A DNA stretch of 63,164 bases, the filler included, from Kipferlia bialata (Eukaryota): NCBI GenBank assembly GCA_003568945.1. It is 5 parts of 5 records of this genome, joined end to end, with 100 filler letters (N's around TTAATTAATTAA, not from the genome) between each part and the next. Parts side by side here need not be neighbours in the genome. Positions count along the whole stretch, not along the records: positions 46,670 to 58,159 come from BDIP01000480.1; positions 58,260 to 63,164 come from BDIP01000497.1; 3 more parts are not named here. One strand, 5' to 3'. Positions 48,858 through 62,871 of this stretch are shown here, one piece after another (within the stretch, counting starts at the first letter, position 1; each line of letters starts with the position of its first letter). The translations under genes and the position numbers were made by a program. The notes under the pieces were generated by a model, which was not told where the DNA came from, did not search any database, and was given only the letters and a program-made list of their open reading frames with translations.

Positions 48858-51818
48858 GTATACATGTCTCTTACCCTAGCTCCTAGCCCACCCCCTTGTC
48901 AGGGACAGGGTGGCCAAGCTCAGACAGAGACAGGGGGAGAGGGACAGGTGTGCATATACCCAATGTATACACATATGTGTGTATGCATATGTGGATGTAT
49001 CAAATACTAATATATATGAGTGTAATTATATATACACGTGTGGGTTTCTATCCTCACATACAGAACTGCCAAGGGTGTCAATGTGGTCAATGTGGGGATA
49101 GTGCCCCCGTCCATTGTGGTCACAAGGTACTCTCTCTCCCTCTCTCTCTCTCTCTATCTATCTCTCTCCCTTTTCTTCCTCCCTGTCCATTGTGGTCACC
49201 AGGTACTCTCTCTCCCTCTTCTCTCTTTCCATATACTGATATGTTATAGGTACTGTATCTGCCTATGTCGAGTCTATTCTCTCTCTACATGTATGTGTGC
49301 CCGTTTGATGCCTGTGACGGGCCTCTTTCTACCTCTGTACCCCCCCCCCCCGTCGCCCTCTTATAGTTTTCTCTCTCTCCCCCTCTCATCACCAGACCTG
49401 CCTCTGCCTCCAGAACACCCCCTGTCAGCAGTGTGCACAGGGTGACACCAGACTTCACAGGTATAGATACATCAATATCAGCAGTGTTTGGAAGTACGTG
49501 ACTTAAATAGTATATATATGTCTTCACAGGTGTAGACAGTATACTATACGTATCGTATACTTTATGTGTCATATACTATGTTCTACATATGCATAACCTC
49601 AGGTCTTAGGCGCCGCAGAGAGGAGCTCGAGTCTGACCTCAAGGCACACCAAGACATGGGAAGGGAGAGAGAGAGGGAGAGAGAGAGAGAACGACCCCGC
49701 AGTGCCAATATCGGAGGTGTCCCCAAGCCTCTTCGTGACAAGCAAACGAGTAGAGTGGCCCCTGAGATAGAGGCAGCCCCAGAGGCACCGCTTGATACTA
49801 GTATCACTGTCCCTGCATTCATCAGGTACCTAGTCCCTCTGTCTCTCTCTCTCTCTGGACCCTTTTTCCCCCTCTAGCCCCTTATTTCAGGCATGACCAC
49901 ATTGGTCTCAGTGTCTCTCTCTCTCTCTCTCTCTCTAGCCCCTTATTTCAGACATGACCACATTGGTCTCAGTGTCTCTGGCAAGAGGGAGAGAGACAAG
50001 TCTCCCGCACCTTCAGGACCTTCAGTGCCTTCAGTACCCTCAGTTCCTTCAGTGCCCTCTGCCCAGCAGCCTCCCAAGCACGTAGACGACGACCTTGACG
50101 ACGTAGGCGACGCGCTCGACGGCGTAGGCGACGACCTTGACGACGAGGACGAGGACCCCCTCGACCACCTTGGTATGACTCTCTCTCTCGCAGAGGGTGT
50201 GGCTGCAGTACCTGTAGACCCGTCCAATGTAGGGGATATTGCTGACTTTGGCGAACTAGGGGATATCGACATTGGGGATATGAGTGGGTTAGGTGATACA
50301 CTAGACTCTGACGGAGAGAGAGAGGCAGAGAGAGAGTCAGAGAGAGAGAGAGAGAAGCCCAAGGTGTCTGTACCTGGGCATCTGCTGAGTCCACAGGCCA
50401 ACCAGACTGCACCTGAGCAGGGAGCTAAGGGTATAGAAGGTGTAGAGGGTATCAAGGGCATTGAGGGAGGCGTGGCTCTCTGCGTGACCTCTCCGTGCAT
50501 ACCCACTGAGATCGGCACCCCTCTTGGGAGAGAGAGAGATAGAGAGAGAAAGGGTGCAGAGGGAGAGGGTGTTGGCAGTCTGGTGCTCCTTGCTAGTGGT
50601 CTAGAGACTATCGAGAGAGAGGGAGATGGAGCGGCAGAGGCAGAGACCCCCTACACCCCTAGCAGTCCCTCCGTGTCTGTGTCTGACGTCATACATGGGT
50701 TCAATGCTCAGAAGAGAGAGAGGAGAGAGAGGAGAGAGAGAAGAGAGGGAGAGAGAGGGAAGGACAATGCTAGTCTCAACGCTTGGGACCAAGATGCTTC
50801 TTCTATGATATCTGATACTATGGAGGAGGGAGAGAGAGAGAGGGACACCCTTGATGAGACCCTTGTCTCCACCCTGTCTGTCCAGCCCATGCAGCAGAGG
50901 GTGAAGATTATCCACAGAGTACTGGAAGGCGTCATAGGTACACCCCTATACATATATATGTGTGTGTATTACATACAATTGAAAATATATGTCTGTCCAG
51001 CCCATGCAGCAGAGGGTCAGGACCATACACAGAGTGTTGGAGGGTGTAATAGGTAATTCTAACAGTGCATATATGTATATATATGTCTTCTATATATATC
51101 ACTTTACTGTATATATCTGTCCAGCCCATGCAGCAGAGGGTCAGGACTATCCATAGGGTGTTAGAGGGAGTGATAGGCATATTAGTGAAATTATTGAATA
51201 TGTACGTGAGTATACAGGCAGTATATGTGTCTCAGCAGATGGTCAAGACTATTCATAGGGTGTGCTAGAGAGTATTATGTATACTAATGTATATGTATAT
51301 ATGCTCTCTCTCTCTCTCTTTCCTTAGTCCGACACCTAATGGGAGTTCTCTCTCTTTTCAATCTCTATCTCACAATTAGGAACCGACACTCTCCGTGTCT
51401 GTGTAAACCTTGCCCGTATGGCCTATGACATCTCTCTCCTTCTCTCTCTCTCTCTCTCTTACCATAGGTACCGACACTCTCCGTGTCTGTGTCAACCTAG
51501 CTAGGATGGCCTATGACGGAGAGCCTCTCTCCGTGTTACTGGCTGCATGTGACCTCCCTCCCTCTACACTGCAGACAGAGAGAGAGGGAGAGGAAGAGGA
51601 AGAGGGAGAGGAAGAGCCTGATAACTGCATAGCACAGTATGATAGGTATTCACTGTGTATAACACTTTCTCTTTTGTGTATTATTATTGTATATATATGT
51701 ATATTTATATGTGTATGACTGACAACTGCATAGCACAGTGTGACAGGTATTCACTGTGTATGCTCATAAAATTGCATTTGTAATCATCATGTATATCACT
51801 GTGATTCTCTGCTACAGA

Positions 51819-51860
<42 letters not shown>

Positions 51861-51985
51861 CTAGGTACAAGCAGCGCCTCTCTGCAGTGACTGGAGCCAT
51901 CCTGTCTAGATACGTGGCGCCAGAGATGGTTGAGGAGTGCATTGGGATGGTGGATAGCTATGTACTAGCAACAGAGATGGTCTAA
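46732..51985 (+). CDS. NEK: NIMA-related (NEK) Ser/Thr protein kinase with a long acidic/coiled C-terminal region; 5' truncated
   Basis: ILDWLSHLAMGLEYIHTRHILHRDLKSQN, FLTADRVAQIGDFGIAR, TFVGSPLYMSPE, PYAYKSDIWALGCVLYEM, LVLKILRGRYPPIP, DRPSATQLLAHP. Stop TAA at 51983-51985. Confidence 0.93.
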
Positions 51986-52606
51986 AGGGTGTAGAGAGAG
52001 AGTGTGTGAAGACTCCCCTTGTGACATGTTTATAAGCTTACTGTGATATAGTTTGGTGTGTTTGTGTATTACGTCTGCCCTACATAGTGAGAGACACGTA
52101 TATACTCCAAGAGAATAGAGGCAGTTGTCTCGCCGTGTTTACATAGTCCTCTGGTGGACCCTATACACAATGTGCTATGCTCTCCGAATCCTTGGGATTT
52201 GGGGGGGATGCAGTATAGTGTCCTCCGGATACGCGTTCACGTGGACTGTATATATCTTATATCTTTCCGACCTGCGCTAAGATCGAACCCTTGAAGCACA
52301 TGGATACCGACAAAAACGAAACGGAATCGGAATTTTCCGGTATCTAAACGTGCCGAAAGAGTTCCATTCACTGTGTGGCTTGCCTACTCTCTCTGTATCA
52401 AGTATAGAGAGAGAGAGAGAGACCCCCGAGGTGCCTCTCAGAGGACCTGCCAGTTCATCTTCATTGTGCGTAGAACCAAGGTAAGCCCGTGTACGTAAGC
52501 ACTCTATTCTGTTGGTCCGTGCGTTTCTCTCGCTGTCTGTTTCATGTCTTACACTTCCAATTCCATATACATATCATGTCTCCTTTTCCTTCTCCATAAC
52601 CGCAGT

Positions 52607-52912
52607 ATGCCCTTCTACATCAACGGAATATCAGAGGCTAGGGAGCTGAAACAGCGGCTGGAGGATATCCTCGAGAAGCGTGAGGCTCTGTATGAGACTA
52701 AGAGGAGGTTGATGAAGGAATGCTTTGCGCTTACGCAACAGCTGACTATATCCTTGGCAGCAGAGAGGACGGCATTGAATGACAATGAAGCAATGATTCA
52801 AGGATTGAATGACATTGAGGGTACAGAGGAGCAGCAGGATTCTTCAGCAGAGAGCGTGGACCAAGACTCTAGGTCCTCTGGGCAAGAATCTGGCCCAGAG
52901 GCGAACGACTGA
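52607..52912 (+). CDS. Small coiled-coil protein (101 aa) with probable 5'-UTR intron 52481-52605
   Basis: MPFYINGISEARELKQRLEDILEKREALYETKRRLMKECFALTQQL... shows a heptad pattern. A GTAAGC...CATAACCGCAG intron ends 1 nt before the ATG. Confidence 0.6.
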   Translation: MPFYINGISEARELKQRLEDILEKREALYETKRRLMKECFALTQQLTISLAAERTALNDNEAMIQGLNDIEGTEEQQDSSAESVDQDSRSSGQESGPEAND

Positions 52913-53367
52913 TATTGTTTGAACTCTAAGCCTAGAGTATTCTTGGTTATGTATATGAGCAGGTGAAGCGGATAATAGATTCTATGCTCCATTTCTCAGC
53001 CACTTTCAATTGTCTTATGCTTTGCGATTTAACGTCAGTGCCATCTGATATATTCAATATTTCTGTTGGTTGTGGAATCCACAATGTGGATACCGTCGCC
53101 ACCTCGAGAAGCCCCCCCCCCCCCCCCCCTTACAATTATATACTATCACTCCTCTCTCCCTCTCTCCAACTAAATACACAGTGTGTATTACACACACTCT
53201 GACCCTCTCCATCCCCATATCTTTCTCTCTTTCTCCCTTAGATCAATAATGGACACTAATTCCTTTTGAACATAGGTCTATTTCTCCCTTTCTCTCTTTC
53301 CTTAATCGACACTACCTACTTCCTCTTGGACATGCGTCTATTTCTCTCTCTCTCTCACTCTCTCTCT

Positions 53368-54851
53368 CTACTTCCTCTTGGGCAGAGGTATCCACATTGA
53401 CGTTGTCTTCTGGTACTTGCGGTACGCACTCTGTCGGACCTGGCGTGAGACACATATATAACATGTATGCATGTCCTCCTTCTACATGTTACTCTCAGGA
53501 TTATTCATATATATATATGAAAGACCTATGCGAAGAATTCCCCGTACGCACTCTGTCGGGCCTGATGAAAGACGTATGGATACATAGACTATATTGCAAT
53601 ACATACAATTCATATACATATATACTCGAAATGTATATACAGTGCATTTATATCCTGGTCACTACCATTGAAACATAATGTAGTACAATACTGTATGTAC
53701 CATGGTATATACATAGTGTATATTAATACATACCTTACTCCCACTTGATGTCATCCTATATATGTGTGAACACATCCTATATATACACACAAATAGAATG
53801 ATACTCATACATGATATAGAGAGAGAGTGTGTGTACCTTAGTACCACTTGATGTCATTCTGTCCTCTGTCATCCTGGTCACCATCCACAGACACAGGGTG
53901 TTCAAGAGGGGGCCTCACAGTTAAGAGTTAAGTAGTATGAATAATATATAGATATGTGAATAGTATGTATCTTGGTCACCATCCACAGACATAGGGTGTT
54001 CAAGAGGGGGCCTCACAGTTAGTATTTGGACTAGTAGCCAAAGATGTAAAGTCAATAATAATAATAATAATAGTAATAATAATAAGTCAAAAAATACAAA
54101 TAGGAAACAAGCTGTTCACAAAATGGCCGGGGGCTTTAGTGCCCTATATACGTATAAATATATACACATATATACAAACCCTTCCATACCTAGAAGTATC
54201 CAGTCCATCCCGTAAGCACCCTGATCTCTCTCTCTCTCTCTCTCTATACATATACCTAAATACAGTACCTACTAACACCCAGTCCATCCCGTATGCCCCC
54301 TTTCTCCACCCCATCAGACCCAGGGACCACCAGAAGACCTGCTCTCCTACACATTAGAGAGAGGCGGTGGAAGAGAGAGAGAGAGAGAATGGGTAGGATC
54401 ANNNNNNNNNNNNNNNNGGCGGTGGAAGAGAGAGAGAGAGAGAATGGGTAGGATCACCAGAAGACCTGCTCTCTTACGTATCAGAGAGAGGGAGAGAGAA
54501 TGGTTTGGAACCCCTATTCAAAATCGTGCCCTCCAACGTATTAGAGAGAGGGGGGCAAAATGAGAGATAGAATGTCACAATTTCGCACCAAAGTAGTTGG
54601 GATGGCGTGAGTACCGCCATAGGCCCTCATCTAGTACGGGTATGGGTGACTGACCAGAAGAGACAAGAGCAGCATTCTTAGCTGATAGAGTAAGAAAGAG
54701 GGGGGGGGGAGAGACACAGAGAGAGGGTACTGGCCAGAAGTGACAAGAGTGGCATTCTTGGCTGAACTCAGAGAGAATGAGAGTCATGGGATATGAAGAT
54801 CTACCATATTAAGTAAATACTATTAATAGCTGAAAGAGAATATGCTCGGTC

Positions 54852-54899
<48 letters not shown>

Positions 54900-55204
54900 A
54901 TATACATACCCATATAGGCTGCCAGAGCACCATCTGCCGAGTGTGCAATCTCAATGCCAGTGAGGGCAGACAGGACAAGGAGGACATCGCTAACCTATCA
55001 ATGAGAGAGAGAGAGATGTAGACCATGTCATTAGCCAGAGGTTGGAAGTATAACAAATAGATATATATATATACATTCACAAATAGTATACATTCCATTA
55101 GTTATGTCTATAGTAGTTTGTGCCAATACCTGCAGTGGTGTGTATACCATGTTGATGGCCAGCAGGGGTAGGGTCAGGCCAACAAGCAGAACCTTAAGGT
55201 CAGA

Positions 55205-55240
<36 letters not shown>

Positions 55241-57990
55241 GAAGAGACTTGTTGATGGCCAGCAGAGGAAGGGTCAGGCCAACAAGCAGAAGCTAAGGGT
55301 GAGAGAGAGACACAAATAAAGAGAGAGAGAGAGAGAGAGAGACAGAACTCCATGTCAACACGACCTCTGGGAAAAGGCAGATACACATAGAGAGAGCGGC
55401 AGAGAGAGAGAGAAACCGAAAGTGGGAGGTTCAGGCCAGCAAGGACAATTATAAGGTCAGAGAGGGAGAGAGATAAAGCACAAGACCCATACAGAGCAAG
55501 CAACCTACCTGCTTTAGAATGAATGAGAGAAGAATACATTGAAATTATTGTCTCCTGAAAAGCGGAGGAGGAAGTATTACCTCCAGTGTTTAAGGGAACA
55601 CGAATCTCTAATGTATCATTCAGTACCTGCTGCAATATGTAGACTGACCCAATCTGAGTCACCGGGAACCACCTGCAGTGTGAGTGTATCTATCTATACA
55701 TATATTACATACATACAGTAATAGCAGGAACCACCTGCAGTGTGAGTGTATATATCTATACATATATTACATACATTCACCTGTCAGTGTGAGTGAACAG
55801 TTGGGAGATTGGAGGATAAATTGTACTCTTTGCTGTACAAACATCACTTGGGATGGAAGTGAAACACTTACAATCTATAGAGAATACAATCATACTACTA
55901 TAACTCAAAGTGTGTAGATGGTCCGCACCTAAACTCCTACCTCATCTTGGCATAGCGCCAGTCCTCTCTCTCTCTCTCTCTATCTTTATGTATATATAGT
56001 AGTATACCTAGACTCCCTCCTCATCTTGGCATAGCGCCAGTCCTCCCTCTGACCCAAGGTGAAGTCCTCACGCCTGGGAATTAGGGGCACACGATGATAC
56101 TCATTATGCATAGATAATTCTGTACAATCCTTTGGAGCAGTATGGTGTATAGATACTACTGTACCTTAGGTATACATATATGTGTTCATATATATAAGTG
56201 TGTGTATAATATAGCACCTCAGGTAGTTGTATGTCAGTCGGGCACTCCAGAGACAGACAAGACCAAAGGCCACTGTGGAGCGCATGTTACTGACAGAGCC
56301 TTAGTGGTAAGGATACTGAATTTGAACGACAATGAAATGAACAGAGACCTATCAAAGGTCAAAAACAGTGGAACGCATGTTACTAACATGAGCGACTAAT
56401 TATATATGTATATTACTATACTATATACACGTATAAGAAACTGTAACAGAATGTATATATACCTGATCCGTCCATGTCGATGTGTCTGGCGGCTAAGGGG
56501 TGACTGGTGATAAGGTTGAAAAAGAGGAGAGGAAGAGATCAGCGGAGAGGATGAAGGAGCATACAAGTAATGTATACTGGAATCATGATCCTCTTAGAGG
56601 AGAGAGAGATGGAGATAAAGAGGATCGTTGGTGGCAGAAGGAGCAAGAGATATACCTACTGTAGAAGAGTGACACCAAAGGGGGTATGAGTGTCCATGAG
56701 AGGTCCATGAGCCACACGCTGTTCTAGGGTAAGTGGTACAAATGTATATATACACCTGGATGATACTATTCTGAGACATAGCGAGAGAGAGAAAGAGGGT
56801 GTCCAGTACATGAGCCACACACTGTTTTAGAGGGTGAGACGGAGTTCATATATAGATTGGTACACTCACAGAGTGCAATCCAATACAATATAGAAGGTAT
56901 ATACATGTACCCGAAGAAGTGACGCAGGGTAGAACACACCCAGGAGGGTCACACCCAAAACCAAACATACATACCTGTATATATAAATATATGAATATTG
57001 TAAGACATAGTATATGAAAATAGTGACCCCTACCTGCGCAAGTGAGATTGGATAGAGCACACCCAGCAGGGTCACACCCAATATGGCATTCAGACAGACA
57101 AAGGGGTGGAGGAGGAGGGTGTCTGCCCAGGAGACGTCTGAGACGTGTAGGACGTTTGAGACGTTTGATACGGCAGAGGGGAGAGAGTGGGTGCTGAAGA
57201 GCCACAGACAGAACAGGACTGACGGGTAAGGCGGTGACACATTAAGAGAGTGAGACATGGCATACTATTGTGTGTAGAGTGTATTTACCTGCAAATAGCG
57301 GACAATATACACAATACATATATACTATTTGTATGTGAAGTATCAGCTGTATATACCTGCGGGTATGGGTGCACCCAGAGCCAGTGTCATGGTATCGATA
57401 CTCTATATATATACTGCATATACTATATATGTGTATACTATATATATTAATCACATTGCATACACTATATATGTGTATACTCTATATATGTATTGCATAT
57501 ACTATATATGTGTATACTTTATATATTCATCACATACCTGCGGGTATGGGTGCACACATAGCGAGGGCCATGTTGACCCTTGACTTGGTGGGAGAGGGCA
57601 CAGCCTTATGTGTTCTCTGGTGGTGAGATTCCATGTACCTATGTGGTAGAGTATGTACTGATTAATAGTATATTAATTAGCGCATGATTATATATAGGTA
57701 CTGACTTGGTGGGAGAGGGTACGGTCTTCTGGTACCTCTGGTAATAAGAGGACAGTATATGTGGTAGAGTGTATAGAGTATATGTATGTAGTACATGTGT
57801 ATATATGTAGAGTTGGTGGGAGAGGGCACAGTCTTCTGGGACCTCTGGTCATGAGAGGCATTATTAGGGGTATGTGCAGAATATGGTGGTCCAGAGAAGA
57901 AGGATGCCATGGGAATTATCCAGTAGATACTTGTACGAGTAGCAATGCAATACCTTTGGTGACACCCCTGGGGTCCTGCTCTTGACACCT
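53368..57990 (-). CDS. DUF1295 / steroid 5-alpha-reductase-like membrane protein; 5' end unresolved
   Basis: REDWRY (~56040), VLDEGLWRYSRHPNYFG (54590-54640), EQVFWWSL, AYRKYQKTTSMWIPLP, plus hydrophobic exons. Stop TAG at 53368-53370. Confidence 0.88.
54402..54417. other. Scaffold gap with the same sequence on both sides
   Basis: ggcggtggaagagagagagagagagaatgggtaggatca occurs both immediately before and after the 16 Ns. Confidence 0.85.
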
Positions 57991-58159
57991 GGGGAGGCCT
58001 AGAGGTTAGAGTGTAAGTATGACTCAAGAAGAGTATACATGATGTGAATGAATGGCGGTATAGACACATGCATAGAATTGACAGAATGAATACACAATCT
58101 TATGTCTGGCAGGGGGGGGGGGGGGAAGAAGGCAATGGGGGGGACAGAAAGGGTAGAAA

Positions 58160-58259
58160 NNNNNNNNNNNNNNNNNNNNNNNNNNNNNNNNNNNNNNNNN
58201 NNNTTAATTAATTAANNNNNNNNNNNNNNNNNNNNNNNNNNNNNNNNNNNNNNNNNNNN
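58160..58259. other. Artificial contig-joining linker
   Basis: N-run/TTAATTAATTAA/N-run, 100 nt. Confidence 0.97.
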
Positions 58260-58297
<38 letters not shown>

Positions 58298-58919
58298 GAG
58301 AGAGAGAGAGAGAGCAGGAAGAGGATGACTACTGTCTCATCACCTTGATATCTCACCAATCCCCTTCTACATTTCCATACCTATGCCCTCCACATAGTGA
58401 TTGCAGCTAGTCCAATACTCCCCATCATCCACAACCAGCCCCCCTGCCCTCCTCTCTGCATCGGGCCTCATGCACAGGGGGAGGCCACACGCAGACGCAT
58501 CTAGTCTCTGCACCGACAGGGACTGGACCTGCATCGTGACCAATGAAAGATGCAGCTGCAGAAGAGGATGTACTGTCTTTGATTCATCAATAGTGATCAA
58601 CCCCTAATTCAAAAATATTGGCCAGATTTCTACCCACATATCCAGCCTCAAATCTGAGGAGGGGTTGGCCTGCTTCTCAGGCAGGTCATGGACGTCAGCC
58701 GTGTTTACGTGATCAACCCAGGGTGCAGTTGTATTCTGTTAGGTTGAACCTTTTCACGTAATTATGTGTGTAAATGGTGGGATTCGTAAACATTGTGTAT
58801 ATGACTCCCCTCATAGGCAATGGTCCATCGAATGGGTCTCACACTGGACAAACCCAATATAGGAGGTGATAGCAATGCAACGATATATATTTGTCAGTCT
58901 GCCTCCTATAATTACTACT

Positions 58920-61900
58920 ATTAGACATGGGTTTCAATTGTCCTTGAGCAAGGTGCCCAGCGGGCTATGTGTGACAGAACGGTCAGGCTGAGTATGGGTA
59001 TCACCTACAAGAACCATCTCACACCTCGAGTGCCTTCTCCTCTCTCTCCCTGTGGGCGTCCAAGTCAACCTTCATGACCCAGCAGCGAGAATCTGGGTGT
59101 TATACACAGACACCTGGTAAATGCATGACTAGAATATTCAAGGGATGTGAGGCATACATACGGTTCTCCCACTCACCATTGCTAACACATGTTATCATCG
59201 CCACCCCCTCGCTGATCGGGAAGCTGTTGTACCTACGGGTTAGACCATTAGACGCAGATGCATTCTCATTAGATGCATATCATATTGCGAAACTATACTC
59301 AATACACCCACCCGAGGACACCCGCACTGAACCCGTCCTCCATGTGGTCATACTCAACCTCGTCTGGCAGCTCAGTCGCTGACTCACACACCGTGTATGC
59401 ACCCGTGAGCGTATCCAGGGCCAAAACTGGGGGTTAGTTATATGGACACATATCGAGTCAATATGGGGACGCATATAGGGCAGATTACGCTACATGGAGT
59501 ACATCATATGGTAGTGACGGCAACACACCTGGCTTGCCTGGCACCACCGTGTATATGGTGTTTCCGACACACACCACACCCGGCTTGGCCCTGAAATACT
59601 CCACCGAGGGTGTGTCTCCTAGGGAGGCCACCCTGCCATAGGAGTCGATGGACTGGAAGGAGGCCTCGTCAGCGTTATGCCGGATCAGGGGGTTGCACTT
59701 GATGAAGACCTTCTCCTGTGCTTCACAGGCAACGTGCAGGAGACCAGACCCATACGCACTTCTTGGTGTGTCCTCTACACGCACCCAGTTGAGGGCGTCT
59801 GGGTCGAAAATGAGAGTGGCGATATCAGGACTCTCCCCTATGCGGACATCGACCACCCCAGTGGTGGGGTCTATGGGTGCACACCCAAAGAGTATCAGCT
59901 TACCAGCCACGGTCAAAGACCTGGTAGGGCTGGATGAGTCCAGGTAGGATGGGTGTGTGGGGTCTGGGACAGGGGTCCACTGCATAGTGTGGATATCTAC
60001 GCGGTACAGTTGGTGCCAGTCATCGCATGGGGTGTACCGGATGTTGTACCTGCCGACACGGCTTCTGTCACCCCTGTGCACCAGCACATAGAGAGACCCA
60101 CTGTTCATCCACATGTTGCACCCCAGGACGTGGGTCAGAGACGGGACCTCCGTCAGCCTCTCTGACTTGAGTAATGCATATCCCTCGGCGCGTATGACAT
60201 TAGAGTCAACCTCGTCCTCGTCCTCCTGGAGGATGTACCACTCACATGGCGGAGAGACATCTGTGGGCACAACAGACTTCTGTCTAGCCATGACCAGACA
60301 CCTTCCATCCCCTAAGGCACAGCTGGCGTGGAGGTCCATGCCCTCACAGAGTAGGTCTCCCTCACCCACTGGCTGCACAGTCAGCATGTTAGGGACAGTC
60401 TCCATTGGACACAAGGGCAGGGGGGGAAGGGCACGCCCTAGATGAGAGTACGGGGGGAGTATCGGGTGTTCCTTAGCCTGGGACTGGGAGCCAGCAGCTC
60501 TGCGTAGGTAGGGTACCACATGGGTAGGGGTGTCTGGGTGCAGAAGGAGGGACGTGATGCTGGGGGAGGCGTAGAGGAGGGCCAGAGTACGGCCCATGGA
60601 AGTATGATCTGGGGACACCACAGTGGCGGATAGGTCCACCTCTGGAATGGGACCCCCTCCCACTGCACCTGCAGCCATCTGCTGCCACACAGGCATGTAC
60701 TTAGGGTACCGCACAGCCACTGCCACCAGACACTGCACCAGTCTTCCTCTGTCTTGACAGCCATGAGTGCCCAGACCCTTCCTCAGCACAGCCAGCACAT
60801 TCTTAGGGGGCACACTCCCTAGCGGCCCAGCCTTGATAGAGGCCTCGGCAGCACACACCCCAACCGGGTCTCTCTCCCTCTCTTGAGCTAGGGCTGCTTC
60901 ATAGGGGGTCATCCAGGTGGGGGTGAGTCCGGTGTCCTGACGCCCAAACATGAGGATGGTGAGGAAGGAAAGGGCCTTCGAGAGCTCGCCCCCTGTCCCT
61001 AGGCTGCTCCCCTTATCGGGCATGATAGAAGCCAGAAGCGTCTTCATTACCCCAGGTGCTTCAGCGCTGGCTATCTCTGCTGTAAGATTAACTCAAATAT
61101 TGGACGGATAGAGAGCATACACGAATACTCGGCTATATGAGCATTGTACCCACCCAATGCCTGGGGCACAAGCTGAGGGATCGCATCGCCCAAGGCTGTC
61201 TCAGCCATAGCGTTGACCATAGCCACACTGTACTGGATATGGCTCTCAAACAGCTGTCTGCACAGGCTGAATACTACACCAGCCATCTGACAGTTAGATT
61301 GTTGTGTAGTGACAGTATCGCTTGCAGTAAGTTAGCTATATACCAGTGGCCCTAGAATTAACACGTACAATGAAATAGAGGCGAACAAAGACACTCTTTG
61401 TGGTCTGGGGAGATAGCGACAAGGCCAGCACCACTGCCTTCACTGGGTCCTCCGGGATAGGGCCGGAGTACTCGTTCACTGATGCGCAAGCCACCAACTC
61501 GTCCAGAGCTGCAGTGGCCGACTCATAGAGCGGCAGTGCTCCTGCCTCCTCAGCCTGATCACTAGAGGGGACCGGGAGGGAACGGATAGTCTCCTTGAAC
61601 GCGGAGGCAGCGTCTGCATCCTGTAGGGTGGCTACGCGGAACGCAGCAGCCAGCAGACAGAAGAAGAGAGCACCATCGTCCTTGGGTTGAGAGGCAAAGA
61701 GAGGACAGAGTAGTGAACATAGGATAATGAATACGCCACTAGAGTATATGTCGATACCTGGCCCCTGCACATTGTCCTGACCACCTCTCGCACCATCTGT
61801 ACCCTGGTGTACCCGAGGGACGCAGGCAGAGAGACGCTGGGCAGAACAGCGGCCAAAGAGGGAGGTAAGGAGAGGAGAGTGACTGGCGTCTTGTGACACT

Positions 61901-62829
61901 CCACCGACACCCACGTGCATGGGCTCAGGCGGCATACGTGCTCGGACTGCAGAGAGTTGTATTCCACCTCGTCCGTGCACCCCTCCCGCCACTCCCCCTT
62001 TCCGTCCTCTGAGCGTCTGAATGCCAAGGGGGTGCGGTCACCCAGCAGTAAGGTCCAGGCCCCTATGTCTAGGCAGGCACAGGAGGTGGTGCACTCTGTC
62101 AGAATCTGAGGGTAATGCTAATGACACTCTAATGGTAACTCATAGAACACCCTCCTACATACACCGCGTACCCTCGGCATTGTCCTGACCTCCCCCCAGA
62201 CAGCCACGCCACTGATGAGAGAGAGGGTCAGGTATGTCCCATGGCCACCGGCCTCTACACGCTGCGTGATCTTGCCCCCGAAGATGTATGCCGTTCTGCC
62301 CTTGACACACACTGTAGAGTGGACCATGGGGTAGGGGGTGGAACCAAGCCTCGTCCAGTGTCTAAGGGTGAGACCAATTTCGGGAAGAGACCATGGTGCC
62401 ACCATCCATTAAGGCCCTCGCAATGGCAAAAAGAATGGTAAGACTGCCAGTATAGCAAACACTGACCTGAGAGCTGGATCGAAGCCCCATAGAGCACATA
62501 GGACTTCCTCTTCATTCTCAATCTCCCTATTGGTAAGTGTGAGATGGATACACTGGGACACATCGTAATGTACACCTTTACCTCCTCATACTCCCTATAC
62601 GTAAAGACACACATGCTCTCTATATGATGCTGTACAATAGCCGTACCCATATCCGCATCCACCGGCCAGACACAGAAGCCCATTGAGGACAAACAGAGTG
62701 GACTTAGAGCGGAAATCTGAGTATAAAGAGTGACACTTGAGAACCTTTGAGAGATTATTGTAAATACTGTAATTGTTGGGGTGTATTGAGATGCATTATA
62801 TACATATGGGGACCTATACACACATATAT

Positions 62830-62871
<42 letters not shown>

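Noticed and set aside
54363..54456. Exact 39-nt duplication as another echo
   Set aside because: It flanks an N gap exactly, so it is probably an unmerged contig overlap.
58330..58730. Possible further minus-strand gene fragment
   Set aside because: Coding-like composition, but I could not build a consistent frame or recognise a motif.
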